DNA of 63,866 nt, counting the filler, from Guillardia theta CCMP2712 (Eukaryota > Protista > Cryptophyta), in NCBI RefSeq assembly GCF_000315625.1. It is 5 parts of 5 records of this genome, joined end to end, with 100 filler letters (N's around TTAATTAATTAA, not from the genome) between each part and the next. Parts side by side here need not be neighbours in the genome. Positions count along the whole stretch, not along the records: positions 26,811 to 45,590 come from NW_005434486.1; positions 45,691 to 57,695 come from NW_005434295.1; 3 more parts are not named here. The stretch is one strand, 5' to 3'. The notes beneath the pieces were generated by a model. That model ran no database searches. It had not been told where the DNA came from and saw only the letters and a program-made list of their open reading frames with translations. Below, in pieces: positions 44,571 to 57,795 of the stretch. Position 1 is the stretch's first letter. The number at the start of each line of letters is the position of its first letter. The translations under genes were made by a program, and so were the position numbers.

Positions 44571-46634
44571 CTGTTCACTGCACGTCAAGCATTATTGAGC
44601 ACAAGACAAGTCTGATGCGCAATCTTCCTCCGGGTTCTGAGCAAGTTGTAGTGGTGTTGTAACTTGCGACCGCCCTTGGGTCGCAAGTCACGGCAGGCTA
44701 GCAGTGTGCACAAAGGCTAGCAGGATGATGAAACCATGAAGATGAGATGAAGATCAGCATCAAATCTACTTGAATCATGGTTTTCCTGACTCAACTTGGA
44801 CATCTCCATTCCGACCACAATCCCTCTCTCTTCCCAGCAAGAATTTTGCCATGATGATGCATTTCTCCCCTCAACAACAACACATCGCTCCTACAGATCA
44901 TAGCAGACGCCTCTGCTGTCATCACAAGTTCAGCAACTTTATGTTTCGATCATCTGTCCTCTTCCTTTCCTTCCTACTCCTCCCTCCGCTCCTCCTGCTC
45001 CTCTCCCCCTCTTCCGCCTCTCCCAGCATTTTGCGTCAGTATGGGATTTCCTCCAGGGGTCTTTACCCTGTTTCACTACCGGTGAATTGTAATGAAAATA
45101 TTCCGAAGTTACAGGGGTGGGTAGTCCCCCCCTGTGTTAAAATAACAATCCCCTGCATTCCATTTCCATGCTGGTCGGGGAACGTGGTGGACAAGGAAGG
45201 AGGCAGGGAGGGAAGAGAGGAGGAGGAGGAGAAGGAGAAGGAGAAGGAGGAGGAGGAGGTGACGATGACGATGACGATGATCGAGGACATGAAGGAGAGG
45301 AGGAAGGCTGTTGACCTGACCTCCTACTGTGTTGCTCTGTCGCAGGTGATGAGCTTACGGCCACTCGAAATTCGCGCCTGACTATGTGCAGTCGATCCTT
45401 CTAAACATCCTGTTCTCAGAGGAGATATTCTCATGGAGACAAGTCCGTGAAAATCTCCCTCCTAAGAATCCCATCTTCAAGGTGTCTGCGTAACGCTGAT
45501 GATACTTTCTTGATCAAACTTGGGACAGCTCACCGAACACGCCATGGCATGGACGGAGCTGGTGAAGAGGCAAGTCAAGATGGTTCTCTTNNNNNNNNNN
45601 NNNNNNNNNNNNNNNNNNNNNNNNNNNNNNNNNNTTAATTAATTAANNNNNNNNNNNNNNNNNNNNNNNNNNNNNNNNNNNNNNNNNNNNCCTTCTCCTC
45701 TCCCTACTCTCTCTCCTCTCTCCTTCCTCTTCCCTCCCTCCCTCCCTCCCTCCCTTCCTCCTCTCCCTCGTCCTCTCCCTCGTCCTCTCCTCTCCTCTCC
45801 TCTCCTCTCCTTCTCCTCCCTCTTCTCCTCTCCCTCTTCTCCCTCCCTCCTGTCTCTCCTTCCCTTGCTAGAGCGAATTGAAGCCATCACATGGTGGGAC
45901 AAGAAAGACAGCACGCACATCAACTAAATTTTGATCGCTGCCTTTCATATTTGACTAATAAATTTACTCGGAAAAACGCAGAGAAAGAGGAAAGGACAGG
46001 AGGTTCAAGGAGGAGACTCTTGTCCGAGCCTGACTGACAGCAGGCTGGTAATGTGGGGCATCAGAAGTCGACTGGCATAGTTGAGGTGGTAGGCAACAAG
46101 TCATGAACGATGTATGAGACTTGTATGAGACTTCAGGCTCTGCGAGCCACGAGCAATCGATCGCCTCATGTTTGCATGATCAAGACCGAGCTGATCATTT
46201 ACGTGAGGCTTGATAAGCTGACGCGCAGATAATCCATTATCTGAGCCTCCTTTGACACTAGTGTTTACTTCCAACCTCTACAATTGTATTCCCTGCCTTA
46301 TTCCCCGTCCCCTCTGCCCTGTGTTTACTTCCATTCGAAGCTGACCATCTTCACCTGCGAGTTTCTACCTCTTAAGCCCCCAGACTCTTCTCCTGTCAGA
46401 ATCGAGTCTCTCATTCCCTCCTGCACTCTCGCCTATGTCAACCTCTACAGTTGTATTCCCAGCCTTATTCCCTCGCTCCCTCGCTCTCTTTTCGTTCCCT
46501 CGCTCGGTTGGTCGCTCCCTCCCTTCCTCACTCGCTCGGTTCCTCCCTCCCTTGTACCTTTGCTCCCTTGCTTGCTCGGTTGATCGCTCCTTCCCTTCAT
46601 CGAAGGCACACAGTCCGTCCGTCAATCAGTTAGT

Positions 46635-46665
<31 letters not shown>

Positions 46666-47178
46666 TCAGTCAGCGAGGCAGCGAGGCTGCCAGGCAGATA
46701 GTTTCAACGAAGGTCGCTTGTACAAGGAATGATCTTTAAGGTTCACTGATGATGGTCCTTGTACAAAGCTAGAGAAAAGTCAGCCCTTGCATTGGACTGG
46801 ACTTGTGTATCTGAAAGAAATAAGACATGCTTCTGAGAAATATGAACTCTAATTAATGTTCTCTTCTCACCTCATTTTCTTTATCACATTCATCGAGTAT
46901 CACAGTTGGGTACATTTCACTGATCTACAACCTTCAGGTGCCCCAGCAACGAGGCCTTGAGCAATCGCTGTAGACGACAACCATCCGTACACCTTCAGGG
47001 CTGAGACAGGTGTCGAACACTGTCAGGCACTGACACATTCTACTACCTACAAGCTAGAGACAAAGACAGAAAGACACAAACACCAAGGCAGAAAGCAAGT
47101 ATTTTTGCCGGTCACCAGCCTGCTGGCATGGAGGATCTTCAACAACCGTCGCTTCCCCTTCTGTCTCCTCCCTCACTC

Positions 47179-47790
47179 TCACCTCCTCACCATCCCCACT
47201 CGCTCTCCCGTCCCCTCTGCCCTCCTCCGGCTCTCCCGCTGGAAGTGCTTCTGCGCGTGCGACCGCACCTGCGCCGCCGATCGCGTCCCTAGCGCCTCTG
47301 CGATCCGCCTCGCGACTCCCAGCCCCAGCCCGCTGTAGAGCATGCCTCCCGCGTGGACGGGCCGGGAGCTGACGGGGCTGTACTTGACCATGAGGTCGAG
47401 GAAGGCGGCGTGCTCCTCGTCGCTCCATGGGCGCCGGGTATCCTGCTTGCGAGGACGGGGGAGGGAGGTCGTCGGGAGGAAGGGAGAGGCAGGGGCGAGA
47501 GGGGTCTGAGGACTGGTCGGGAGGTCCTCAAGGGGGAAGAGGGGAAGGGAGCAGTCAAGGTCAGGGTCGAGGAAGGCAGGGTCGGAGGGAGGGGAGAGGA
47601 GGAGGAGGAGATCAGGGAGGGATGGGGGCAGGGAGGCGTCGATATCAGAGAGGAAGAGAGGGAGCCAGGAGGGCGAGGAGGGAGAGAAGGAGGAGGAGGA
47701 GGAGGAGGAGGGGAAGGAGGAGCAGTTTTGCGAGAGGTGGGAGGAGGCGAGGTGGGGGGGGACATGGCAGCAAGTGGTGCGAGGGAGCAA
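47179..47790 (-). CDS. MYB-related transcription factor, SHAQKYF class, copy 1 (boundaries approximate)
   Basis: PWSDEEHAAFL...IAEALGTRSAAQVRSHAQKHF. Confidence 0.85.
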   Translation of the reverse strand: MLPRTTCCHVPPHLASSHLSQNCSSFPSSSSSSSFSPSSPSWLPLFLSDIDASLPPSLPDLLLLLSPPSDPAFLDPDLDCSLPLFPLEDLPTSPQTPLAPASPFLPTTSLPRPRKQDTRRPWSDEEHAAFLDLMVKYSPVSSRPVHAGGMLYSGLGLGVARRIAEALGTRSAAQVRSHAQKHFQRESRRRAEGTGERVGMVRR

Positions 47791-48730
47791 CCAAAGGACA
47801 GTACAAATCTCATTTTACTCCAAAGCGCGTCGGTTCGGAGCGTCCTGTGGCTGTTTTGGAAGTGTCTGGGGGGTGGGGGTGAGGGTGAGGGGGTGGTCTT
47901 GTGGACGGGGTCGTCCTGAAAACAATCGAAGTACGGAGAGGGGGGGCAGAGAGTCGCTGAGCCAGTAGGGAGGGAGGGGAGGGAGGGAGGGAGAGAACAG
48001 GGGGGAGGGGGGGTACGTGGGGGAGGAGGGGAGGGGGTACTGCCCCAGGGGTCAGGGGAGGTTCATATCTCATTTCAGGCACCAGTCGGAGGTCATCGAC
48101 TGTTGAAGCGCGTCGGTTCAGATCGCAACGGTTCGGGCAACTGCGTCCTGTGACTGTTTGGAAGTGTGGGGGGTGGGTGGGGTTCTTGATTTTTACAGGA
48201 AATCTTGTCTGAGCGATGCCGGCAGCATCGTCAACTGACGGACATCCGTTTCTCCAACAAGCTCACATCGCCTGTCCCAGCATCATCTGCTCTCACGGGG
48301 GGAGTCAGAAAGGTACTGCCAGCCGTCGTCGAAGATTGCTCCGTAAGCTTGTAAGGCGAGCATGGCTGGCTGACGCTAGCCATACCCTACCCGACCGCAG
48401 AGCACGCACATTGCCTGCCAGACCGCCAGGGCCTTGCAAGCTTGTCTGTGCTTGTGCCTCGAATCCTGCTCGAAGTCCTAGTCTACAACGCACCTCCCCC
48501 AGTACTGGAAGCACTCTCCTCTCTTTCCCGTCTTATCTGAGAGCGAGATTGGGGTGTAGACATCGCTGTAACAGACAAACGTCCGCATGCTCGCAGCTGC
48601 TTCAGCAACCCCTCAAGTACGCTCGGACGAGTCAAAGCTTCCTGCCTTTGATTACAAAACCGTAAACGATGCTGTAGCCCCCTACTCCACCTGGCTCATC
48701 GCAAGCTGCTTCTCCTCCTGCCGGGGCTCT

Positions 48731-49326
48731 TCAGCTCCTCCTCGCCATCGTCACTCGCTCCCCCGTCCCCTCCGCCCTCCTCCGGCTCTCCCGCTGGAAG
48801 TGCTTCTGCGCATGCGACCGCACCTGCGCCGCCGATCGCGTCCCTAGCGCCTCTGCGATCCGCCTCGCGACTCCCAGCCCCAGCCCGCTGTAGAGCATGC
48901 CTCCCGCGTGGACGGGCCGGGAGCTGACGGGGCTGTACTTGACCATGAGGTCGAGGAAGGCGGCGTGCTCCTCGTCGCTCCATGGGCGCCGGGTATCCTG
49001 CTTGCGAGGACAGGGAGAGGCAGGGGCGAGAGGGGTCTGAGGACTGGTCGGGAGGTCCTCAAGGGGCAGGAGGGGGAGGGAGCAGTCAAGGTCAGGGTCG
49101 AGGAAGGCAGGGTCGGAGGGAGGGGAGAGGAGGAGGAGGAGATCAGGGAGGGAAGGGGGGAGGGAGGCGTCGATATCAGAGAGAAAGAGGGGGAGCCAGG
49201 GGGGCGAAGAGGGAGAGGGGAAGGAGGTCGGGCAGGTACAGGGCTGAGAGGAGGGAGAGGAGGGAGAGGGAGAGGGAGGAAGAGGAGAGGGGGATACATC
49301 TGAAGATGCCGATGGAGGGGGGACAT
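48731..49326 (-). CDS. MYB-related transcription factor, SHAQKYF class, copy 2 (boundaries approximate)
   Basis: Near-identical copy offset by ~1555 bp; TRSAAQVRSHAQKHF. Confidence 0.8.
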
Positions 49327-51037
49327 GGCAGGGGTCTGTTAGGGAAGGCTGCAGCTCTTTTTATTGGTATCGCTGCTCGACTAGACCTTCTTTATGCTGC
49401 CAATACGAGGGTGGTGAGAAATATCCTGTCGCATGTTTTTTTGGCTGGCTGGGAGGCGAAAAGGAGTGTTTTCACTCTTGATTGGAGAACCACCCCTCCG
49501 GAGGCCATTTATCTCAGTTACACGGGTGGTGACAAATATCTTGTCACGAGGCCCCGGGCCGGGTGATCACGGACCATAGTCATGTGACGAACCAAATTGG
49601 TTGAACGCCAGCAGAAGACTGCCACAAACTGCAACGTTTCGGAGTTGTGCGTGTGTGTCATCCGCCTGGGAGATGACAGGATGGGCGCCTGATGTATCCT
49701 GCTCCAGCACCACCCTCCTCCATTTATCTTACCGCTCCCTTGCTCCGTGACGAGATCTTGTTGCTGTCCCTCTGCCGTCCTGGGCCTTCTCCTTCCCCCA
49801 GGAGCTTTCCCTCCTTCTCTCTCACTCAGATCCTCCTACTCCTACCTCCTACCTCTTACTTCTCCTACCCCTCCTTCTCCTCCTGCCTGCAGCACCTCCT
49901 CCTACCGCCTAACTCCTCCTCCTCCTACCTTCTACTCCTACCTCCTACCTCCTACTCCTCCTACTCCTTCCTCCTTCTACCTCCTCCTACCTCCTCTGTC
50001 TCTGCCGCCCTTCCCATCGACTTGCTCTCGAGCCCCTCCCTCCTCCAGACAGCAGCAGCATCTTCTCAATGGCCTCCTCGGGCATCACAGCCAGCGATAG
50101 TCAGTACCCCTTCTCCTCTCACTCAAGCCGTCCGCTCTGCAGCGTCCTCCAGCTCTCTCCCTGCTCCCGCTCCATCTCCTGCCTCGGACGGGCCGAGCCG
50201 GCAAGCGCCTACTGGCATGTGCTGGCAGCGACAGGGAGGACGATGGGCTGCCGGTCGATCGACAGGACGGGGAACTACGTGACGGAGGAAGGAGGCGGGA
50301 GCTGGAGGAAGGAGGGGGGGTACTGGATAGTCCAGAGGGGAGGAGAGGGTAGGGTATTTTGAGATTGAATGAAGTAGAAGATCAATCAAGTGGGAGCTAC
50401 AAGTATTGGATACGGTTGCAGAGAAAGCATTGCTAGTTGTCGTATCTTGCACTCGTTGTTGTCGGAGGATCCGCTCATGACATCCGAGCACAACGCGACG
50501 TTGTAGTCTCCCCATGGTGTTCCAATCAAACATGGGAGGGTGAAGACTGTAAGATCGGATGCGCTTGCTCTACAGTCCTGCTGTCCTGTAACAAGTGAAA
50601 ATATCAGCTCAAACTCTTCGTCATCGCCGGGAATTTCATCGAATCCATAGACAAAAAGACGCAACAGCGCCGGGCTGTTTCCTCATACTGGTGACCGGCC
50701 TCGGGCCTCTCGGCCCATCGGAGGCTGCCGAAGGTCCAACTGACAGCTCAGGGGATACAGCGCTGAAGAGAAGGGAAGCGTGACGAGTCGGAGAGGGCGG
50801 AGGGTGAGTTTGAAACATCTTCTACTTACACCTTAAAGTCATTCACAACATGCGCTAGCATGATTATTAGAACAGCAGCAGTACACAGAAGACCTCCCTC
50901 CTCCTTCCTCTCGCTCTGTCCGTTTCCTCCACCTCCCTCCTTCCTTGTTCCCCTCGCTCTGTATCCCTTTCCTCCCTCCTCCTTCTCCTCCTTCTCCTCC
51001 TCACTGAGAGTCTGGCCAGCTGCGGCTGCTAGACTCC

Positions 51038-52400
51038 TCATGTCGGCGAGCTCGCTTGCATGAAGTACTGACTTAGATCATCCACAATCGCTACGTTTCC
51101 TCCTCCTCCTCCTCCTCGCCCAGCAGGAGCCGAGGAGAGCGAGCTTACGTTGTACGGCGTCTTGACGACGACCTGGATAATTAACAGTGACGAGACGACA
51201 AGAAGAGCCCGAGAAGAGAAACGAAGACGGAGCAGGGGAGCGGGGGAGGAGGAAGCAGGAGGAGGGAAGGTAGCAGGAGGGAGTGAGATGGAGCAGTAGA
51301 AAGAAGGGTAGCAGGAGGGAGTGAGATGGAGCAGTAGAAAGAAGAGTAGCAGGAGGGAGTGAGATGGAGCAGTAGAAAGAAGAGTAGCAGGAGGCATCAG
51401 AAGCGATTGAGAAACTCACTAGGTTGGGGATGAAGGGCTTGAGGGACTCGAGAACGACGGCGGAGCTCTCTACATGCAGCATTGGCTCGATCTGACGAAC
51501 CATGGCAGCTCTACCGAGCTCAGTCTCGCAGAAGAGAACTTTCTGCGAGCAGTAGGTCAACGGTGACCAAACGGGAAGGCGGGAAGGGAGAGGGGGGAGA
51601 CGGGAGGAGACGGGAGGAGAGGAGAGGAGAGGAGAGGAGAGAGGGGAGGGGATGGGATTAGAGGAGAGGAGAGGAGAGGAGAGGTGAAAAGAGGATAGGT
51701 AAGGAGAGGGGAGGGGAGGGGAGGGGAGGGGACTAGAGGAGAGGAGGGGAAGGGGGACTAGGGGAAGGGGGGGGGGGGAGAGAATCCACAAGTGCGATGA
51801 GAAAGGAAAATGGGGTCAAGGAGACAGAAGAATGGAGCACAGAGAGGGGTACGATGATAGCAAGGGAGGGATATCGAACAAATTTGAACAGACGTACATG
51901 GAGAGGAAGGAAACTAGAGACTGGGGGGACAGCGGGGGGGGGGGAGCAGAGGGGGGAGAGAGGATCTTACATGCGGGCTCAAGCCAGCATCGAAGACTCC
52001 CGCCTGCTCTAGAGCATCGACAACTTTGTTCTCAACTTCATCACTGGAAGCATAAGAGTGACTGCTGGCAGGGCAGAAGGAATGTGCAGCTAACAGCTGA
52101 CAACACTCCGATAACAACATCAACAAGTACACAACGATATAGAACCAACCTCAACAACAAGTTCACAAGAACGTAGCCATGAAGCGTCACCTGGTGACCT
52201 GCGTGATGACGTAGAGATCACACGTCCTTGCCATCTCCAGCAGAATGGCGAGCTGCGGGCCAAATGAGGAGGGAAGGAAGAAGTAGAATGGCAAGACCGA
52301 AGACCCTTTCAGGGCGATGCTGTTCCTCTCAGCACTTGCTGCTGCGGCTGCGGCTGCGGCTGCGGTGAGGTCGTCTCCTTCGAAAATTGTCTGTTCATTC
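51038..52400 (-). CDS. PEX22: Peroxin-22 (plant-type PEX22)-like gene, spliced; 5' end uncertain, possibly to ~53337
   Basis: Exons join as LLEMARTCDLYVITQ / SSDEVENKVVDALEQAGVFDAGLSPH / KVLFCETELGRAAMVRQIEPMLHVE...LKPFIPNL, resembling the plant PEX22 C-terminal domain as recalled. Confidence 0.7.
51270..51394. repeat. 38-bp intronic minisatellite x3
   Basis: TAGCAGGAGGGAGTGAGATGGAGCAGTAGAAAGAAG(G/A)G at 51271, 51309 and 51347. Confidence 0.9.
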
Positions 52401-54139
52401 GGAATCAGAGAGTCAGGGAGGAGGAGGAGGAGGAGTAGCACGTCATTCGTGACGACTGTCAGCTGATAGCCAACGGGGATTTCTGGAGGGTGCAAGTCAG
52501 GCAAAAGGGAATTATAGAGAGTGAGGAGGGGATAGGGATAATCTCTGGGTGAGAAAGAGGCTGGGAAGTGGGAAACGAGGAGGAGGATGGATGGAGGAGG
52601 AGGAGGAGATGGTGGTGGTGGTNNNNNNNNNNNNNNNNNNNNNNNNNNNNNNNNNNNNNNNNNNNNNNNNNNNNNNNNNNNNNNNNNNNNNNNNNNNNNN
52701 NNNNNNNNNNNNNNNNNNNNNNGGAGGAGGAGGTGGTGGTGGTGGAGGAGGAGGTGGTGGTGGTGGTGGAGGTGGTGGTGGAGGAGGAGGAGGTGGTGGA
52801 GGAGGAGGAGGAGGTGGTGGTGGTGGAGGAGGAGGAGGTGGTGGTGGTGGTGGTGGAGGAGGAGGAGCATCTCACTGCAGAATCCTGGTTTCAGAGTGAC
52901 CGTCGTGGTCGGGACATTTTCCTCTGGACTGCTTCGAACCTGCCGGGTGGTTGAACGCCGCAGGCATCTGAAGAACCAGTAGAGGATTGCGAGAGCAATG
53001 ACTCCTAGACCGAAGAACCTGCACGCACCGTCGTCAGCGCCTCCTCCTCTCCCATCTGCTTCACTGCGCCCTCCTGCTACTGCCCCTGATGCTCTCCTGT
53101 ATCATGTCCTTGTCTTCATCCTCGTGTCCTCCTCGTCCTCGTCCCCTCTCACCACCACCACCACCACTTTACCCCGCTGTTTCATTATCCCGCTTTCCTG
53201 ATCTCCTGCTCTCCTTTGCTCTTCTTCTCTTCTTTTCTCTGCTCTGCTGCTGCTCTGCTGCTGCTCTTCTGTCTCCCCTCTCACCTCCTCATCGTTGTCT
53301 GCTCAGTCATTCGCGCCATCGCCGTCGATCCTTCCATCACCAGCCGCTCGCGGTCGATGCAAAGTTCGTTACGGCCGTTTCACATAATTCCAGGAACCAT
53401 TGGCGTTCAGTTAGTGCCTGGCCTGGGCCCCGGGCCCCGCGGCGCCGGGCCGGGCCCTGTCGCGGCCCGGCCCCACCGGCACGGTACGGTCACTGATCGG
53501 ACTCAGGCGGGCTGGTCGGGGGCCTGACATGGCCAGTGCACAGTGACCGTGGCAAGGACTCAGGCTTGAGTCAGTGAGGACGATCGGATCGGACGCCGGC
53601 CCAGGGTCACCGTCACTGGCCGGTGCCGCGAGTCAACGGCGGTCAAGTTCCCCGGCCCGGCCGAGGGCCCGGCCGCGGCCTTTCGGCGCCGCTTTACTAC
53701 TGTGACCGTGAGTGTAAAGCCTGAGAGCATGGCAGTGGGCGATTATCACTTATCGATTTACTAGGCTCAATCGCAGCTTAGCTAGTAACTGCCGCCCGGC
53801 CCAACAAAGCTCTTACGATCTTTCCCGGTTAAAAATTACAGCCGCACTACGGTCAGTGAGGCTTGAAGTTTGATAGGACGGGATGCCGGCTCCGATGATC
53901 ATTCTCGCCATCACTGAAAGCTCAACTTATGACGTCACTGGCCGGGCGGATCTCCATTTCACAGCGGCCAACTTTCACGCCGCCGGTACGCGGCACAGCC
54001 AGGGCCGGGCCCCAGGGGCCCACCATCAACAAGCAGCAAGAACTTCCTTCCATCGCGATGATGGAGATCAGAAGCTTGATGCATGTACGGTCGCCTCCCC
54101 CTTGCACTTCCTCCAGTGCCGCAGCCTAGGCTGTGTTCC

Positions 54140-55192
54140 TCACCACATGTCCGGGTTGGTGAGGTTGAGCTCCTTGATGTGCTGGCTGACAAGCCCACGA
54201 GACAGCAGCTCTGCCTTGCCCTCCTGTGAGAGGTTGCGGAACCCGTCGATGCAGTTCTTGCGGCAGTTCTTGCTGTTGCACAGGCAGAAGAAGGGAGCGT
54301 CGTGCGGAGCCAGCATCTCCCACTCCGTCGTCGCGTAGTCAAAGCAGATCTCCTCGTCCCTCTCAATAGTGCGGACCGTGTAGATCTCCGGGAAGATCTT
54401 GAGGGCCTTGACAGTCTCGACGCCATCCTCCTTCAGCATGGAAGCAGACACCAGCGCGTTGATCTCTTCCAGCTGCTCCAGGGATGGCTTGAACACCTCC
54501 CCAGGGAACCTGATCTCAACGTTGGGGTTGCACGAGTGGTTCATCTTTTCTAGCACTCCGCCGTTCTTGACGGCTGCTCCGATCCCAACGGTGAGCGCCA
54601 TGCAGTCAGGCCTCCTCTGCAGCTTCCCGAAGAAGGTCCCGATCAGTGTTCCGGGCTCCAGCTTCGTCGACGTACAGCAGGTGGCATAGTTCTCGCTGAC
54701 CTGCCTCTTGTACAGGAAGGGCTCTGCTCCTTTCCTGCTGAAGAACTCGTGACTTGAGCCTCCGTCCAGCTCGATCTCATCAGCGTCTTGCTCCTGCTGG
54801 GCTTTCTGGACGTTCTCGATCATAGCATCGTCGCGCATGTCGTCGACGGGCATGTCTTTGTCCTCGGAGGCTGATTCCCCGCTTACGGAATCGTCTTGAT
54901 CAGCGGGAGCAGCTTCTTCATCGCTCTTAGTCTCCTCACTTCTTGTCTCCTCACTCGTAGATTCTTCGCTCTTCGCCTCGTCCCTCTCGAGCTCCTCCTC
55001 CTGGCACGAACCTTCACTTAGGATCCCTACGACTTTCTCGGATCCGCAAGCATCCGTGCATGCCGTGGAGGTATGCAGCAGGGGATCCTTGGTCTCGGAC
55101 ATTTCGCATACCATCTGCATGCCGTCTTGAAGGTCGCTGACCTGTCCAGTCTCCTCCACTTCCCTCTCAACTCCCATCTGCTCTACGATCAT
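54140..55192 (-). CDS. SET-domain lysine methyltransferase with post-SET motif
   Basis: MNHSCNPNV, EEICFDY, CLCNSKNCR. Confidence 0.9.
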   Translation of the reverse strand: MIVEQMGVEREVEETGQVSDLQDGMQMVCEMSETKDPLLHTSTACTDACGSEKVVGILSEGSCQEEELERDEAKSEESTSEETRSEETKSDEEAAPADQDDSVSGESASEDKDMPVDDMRDDAMIENVQKAQQEQDADEIELDGGSSHEFFSRKGAEPFLYKRQVSENYATCCTSTKLEPGTLIGTFFGKLQRRPDCMALTVGIGAAVKNGGVLEKMNHSCNPNVEIRFPGEVFKPSLEQLEEINALVSASMLKEDGVETVKALKIFPEIYTVRTIERDEEICFDYATTEWEMLAPHDAPFFCLCNSKNCRKNCIDGFRNLSQEGKAELLSRGLVSQHIKELNLTNPDMW

Positions 55193-56001
55193 TGTGTCGC
55201 ACTTCCTCTAGTACGGGCGCTGCGTGTAAGTTTTGATGGGAGGGGGACTTTTCATGCAAATTTCGAATGATTTTGCTGAAATTGTTTGAACTTTTTCAAA
55301 TATTCGGCCTAGCTTGCAATAAAACATCAGCAAGAACCTTGAAATTTGTTCCCCCGAGCAAAAACCGCAAAGTTTCTGTACCCCCTCCTGATAAAAATAC
55401 CTGCCTCAAGACTCCCCGGATCCTCACTACGGGTGGTAGAGTTTACAGGTATTTGAAGGGGGTAGTCGAGCCCTGCATACCCTTTCTTTTTCCTATTACC
55501 ACCACCCCAGTAAAATGTTTACTCTACTATCAAAAGTCTAATACCACCCCCCTAGTAAAATATTTACTCAAGTAAGAACTTCTCCTACCAAGGGCACAAC
55601 CGGCTCACTTGATAGAAAAATGTGGGGGAATGGAGCAAGTACCCACCCCTGGGGATCAAATCCTACCACCCCCACCCATATATTTCCCAGAGGTCGCTAT
55701 GTTAACGCATATGTACCCCAATTTCCCCCAAAATTTTGGGTTATAAAGGGGGGTACAAGAAATAAATACAAAAAGAGTACCCATTTCACACCCGATTGAC
55801 CACCCCACCCCCATGTCAACCTAACAGTCGCATCATTCCTCCCCATCCGAATTGTGCCCCAAGGCTGCAACTTCAGTGACCTCTGACGCCTCTAGTCTTC
55901 ACTTGCTGCCCCCGGGCCCGACACCGGGTCCGAGGCGAGCTCACTGTATTTCTAAGTTATTTGTGCAACACCAGGCGTGCCAGATAGCGTGCGTCGCTGA
56001 A

Positions 56002-57540
56002 ATGGCGGGAGTACGTGTAGTTTTGTTGGCGGCGATGGCGGCGACGGCGATGGGAGTGACGATGGAGAGAGAAGAAAAGAGAAGGTAGGAAGAGGATAGG
56101 GTAGGAGAGGAGGAGAGGTGGAGGAGGATGGAACAGAGGACGAGAAGATATGAGGCTCTGACATTTTCCTGCTTGTGTGTATCGTCCTTGGACATCAAAG
56201 TTCAATCGAAAAGTCTGTGGTAAACCCTACATCCTCTACTACCAGATCCTCCACCCCCCCCCCTACAACACTCCCTCCATATTCCGCGATGTTTCCTCCT
56301 CCTCCTCCTCCTCCTCCTCCTCCTCCTCCTCCTCCTCCTCCTCATTCTCCTCCACCACCCCATCCCTCCTCCATCTTCTAATGCTGCCTGCCCACCCCAC
56401 CAACTTCCTCTCCTAGCGCAGATCAGGTGACCTTGGCGCAGGAGAAGCTGCTTGTGGCAGTCAGCAATGAGGACGAGAGGGCGAAATTCAACGTAACTCT
56501 GCACAGCTACATGATCTCGAACGTGAGTCCTGCCTTACCCGCCCCGCCCCCCCCCCCCCCGACTTCTCTTGCACGACGTTTCTCATCGGTTCCTGGCAGA
56601 ACAAACTTCAAGTTCTTGACTTCCATGAGTCGTGCTGGCCCATCGTTGAAGGAGGTACAGGCTCCTCTTGCTGCCTGCTGCTCATGTTGCTAACTTGTGT
56701 CCTCAATTCCTCCTCCTCCTCCTCCTCCTCCTCCTCCTCCTGTTCCAGGATACAAGAACAAGCAGGAGAAGTGCAGCATCATTATTGACAAGCTCGGCAT
56801 GTTCATCATGATGGTTATAGTTCCCCCCTCCCCCGTGCACTCTTCTCCCCTCCTCTCCCCACTCCTCCCCTCCTCTCCCCTCCCCTCCCCTCCCCTCCGC
56901 TCTCATCTCCTCCTCTCCACCTTCTCCTCTGACTGACCCCAACAGCCGTCCTCCAACTCTTGCTGCAAGTTGGCAATGGTGAGCGAGGAGGAGGAGGAGG
57001 AGGAGGCGCGAGGAAGTGACGCAGTCGAAGGTCCCCTCGTTCCTCCCCGCGGCACACGAGCAGCGTGGATCGTACCCCCTCCTCCATTCTAATCATCACG
57101 TGAAGTGCCAGGAGGTCAGCAGGATCAACTTCGTCTTCCTTCCCAGTCTTACTACCACCTCCTCCTCTCCCTCCTCCTTCCACTCCTGGCCTTCTCGTTC
57201 CCATCCTCGTCCGAGCCTCGCTCCTCCCTCCGTCTCCCGATTCCTCTCCTCTTCCACCCATCCCCTGTCCTCTCTCCCCTCGTTCTCTCCCCTGCTGCCT
57301 TCATACTCCCTGCCAACATGCACGCAGGCTTGTGAAGTCGAGCTGGCTACAAGGTGGAAGGAGAGCACAACGATTGAGAAATTTGAGAGGAAAATCCATC
57401 ATAATCATCATAATCATCATCATCATCGCAATTCTTCCTCCTCTGGTGGCTTGCTGATTCTGCTGAGGTGAGAAACGGTGCTGATCTGTTGCAAAGGAGA
57501 TTGCTCGCTTCCGGACGAAGTTTCTTGCGTGAAGGACAAG
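56002..57540 (+). CDS. Hypothetical spliced secreted host protein
   Basis: Signal-peptide-like start MAGVRVVLLAAMAATAMG and short exons between CCT-rich introns. Confidence 0.35.
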
Positions 57541-57795
57541 TGAGTTGAGGAGGAGGAGGAGGAGGATAGTGGGAGAAGCACCTGGACGAGGCTGGAGGGG
57601 GGGAGGGGGGAGGAGGAGGAGGAGGAGGAAGAGGAGGAGGGTGGAGAAGAAGACGGGGGGGCTGGAGGAGGAGGAAGAGGAGGAGGGTGGAGAAGNNNNN
57701 NNNNNNNNNNNNNNNNNNNNNNNNNNNNNNNNNNNNNNNTTAATTAATTAANNNNNNNNNNNNNNNNNNNNNNNNNNNNNNNNNNNNNNNNNNNN

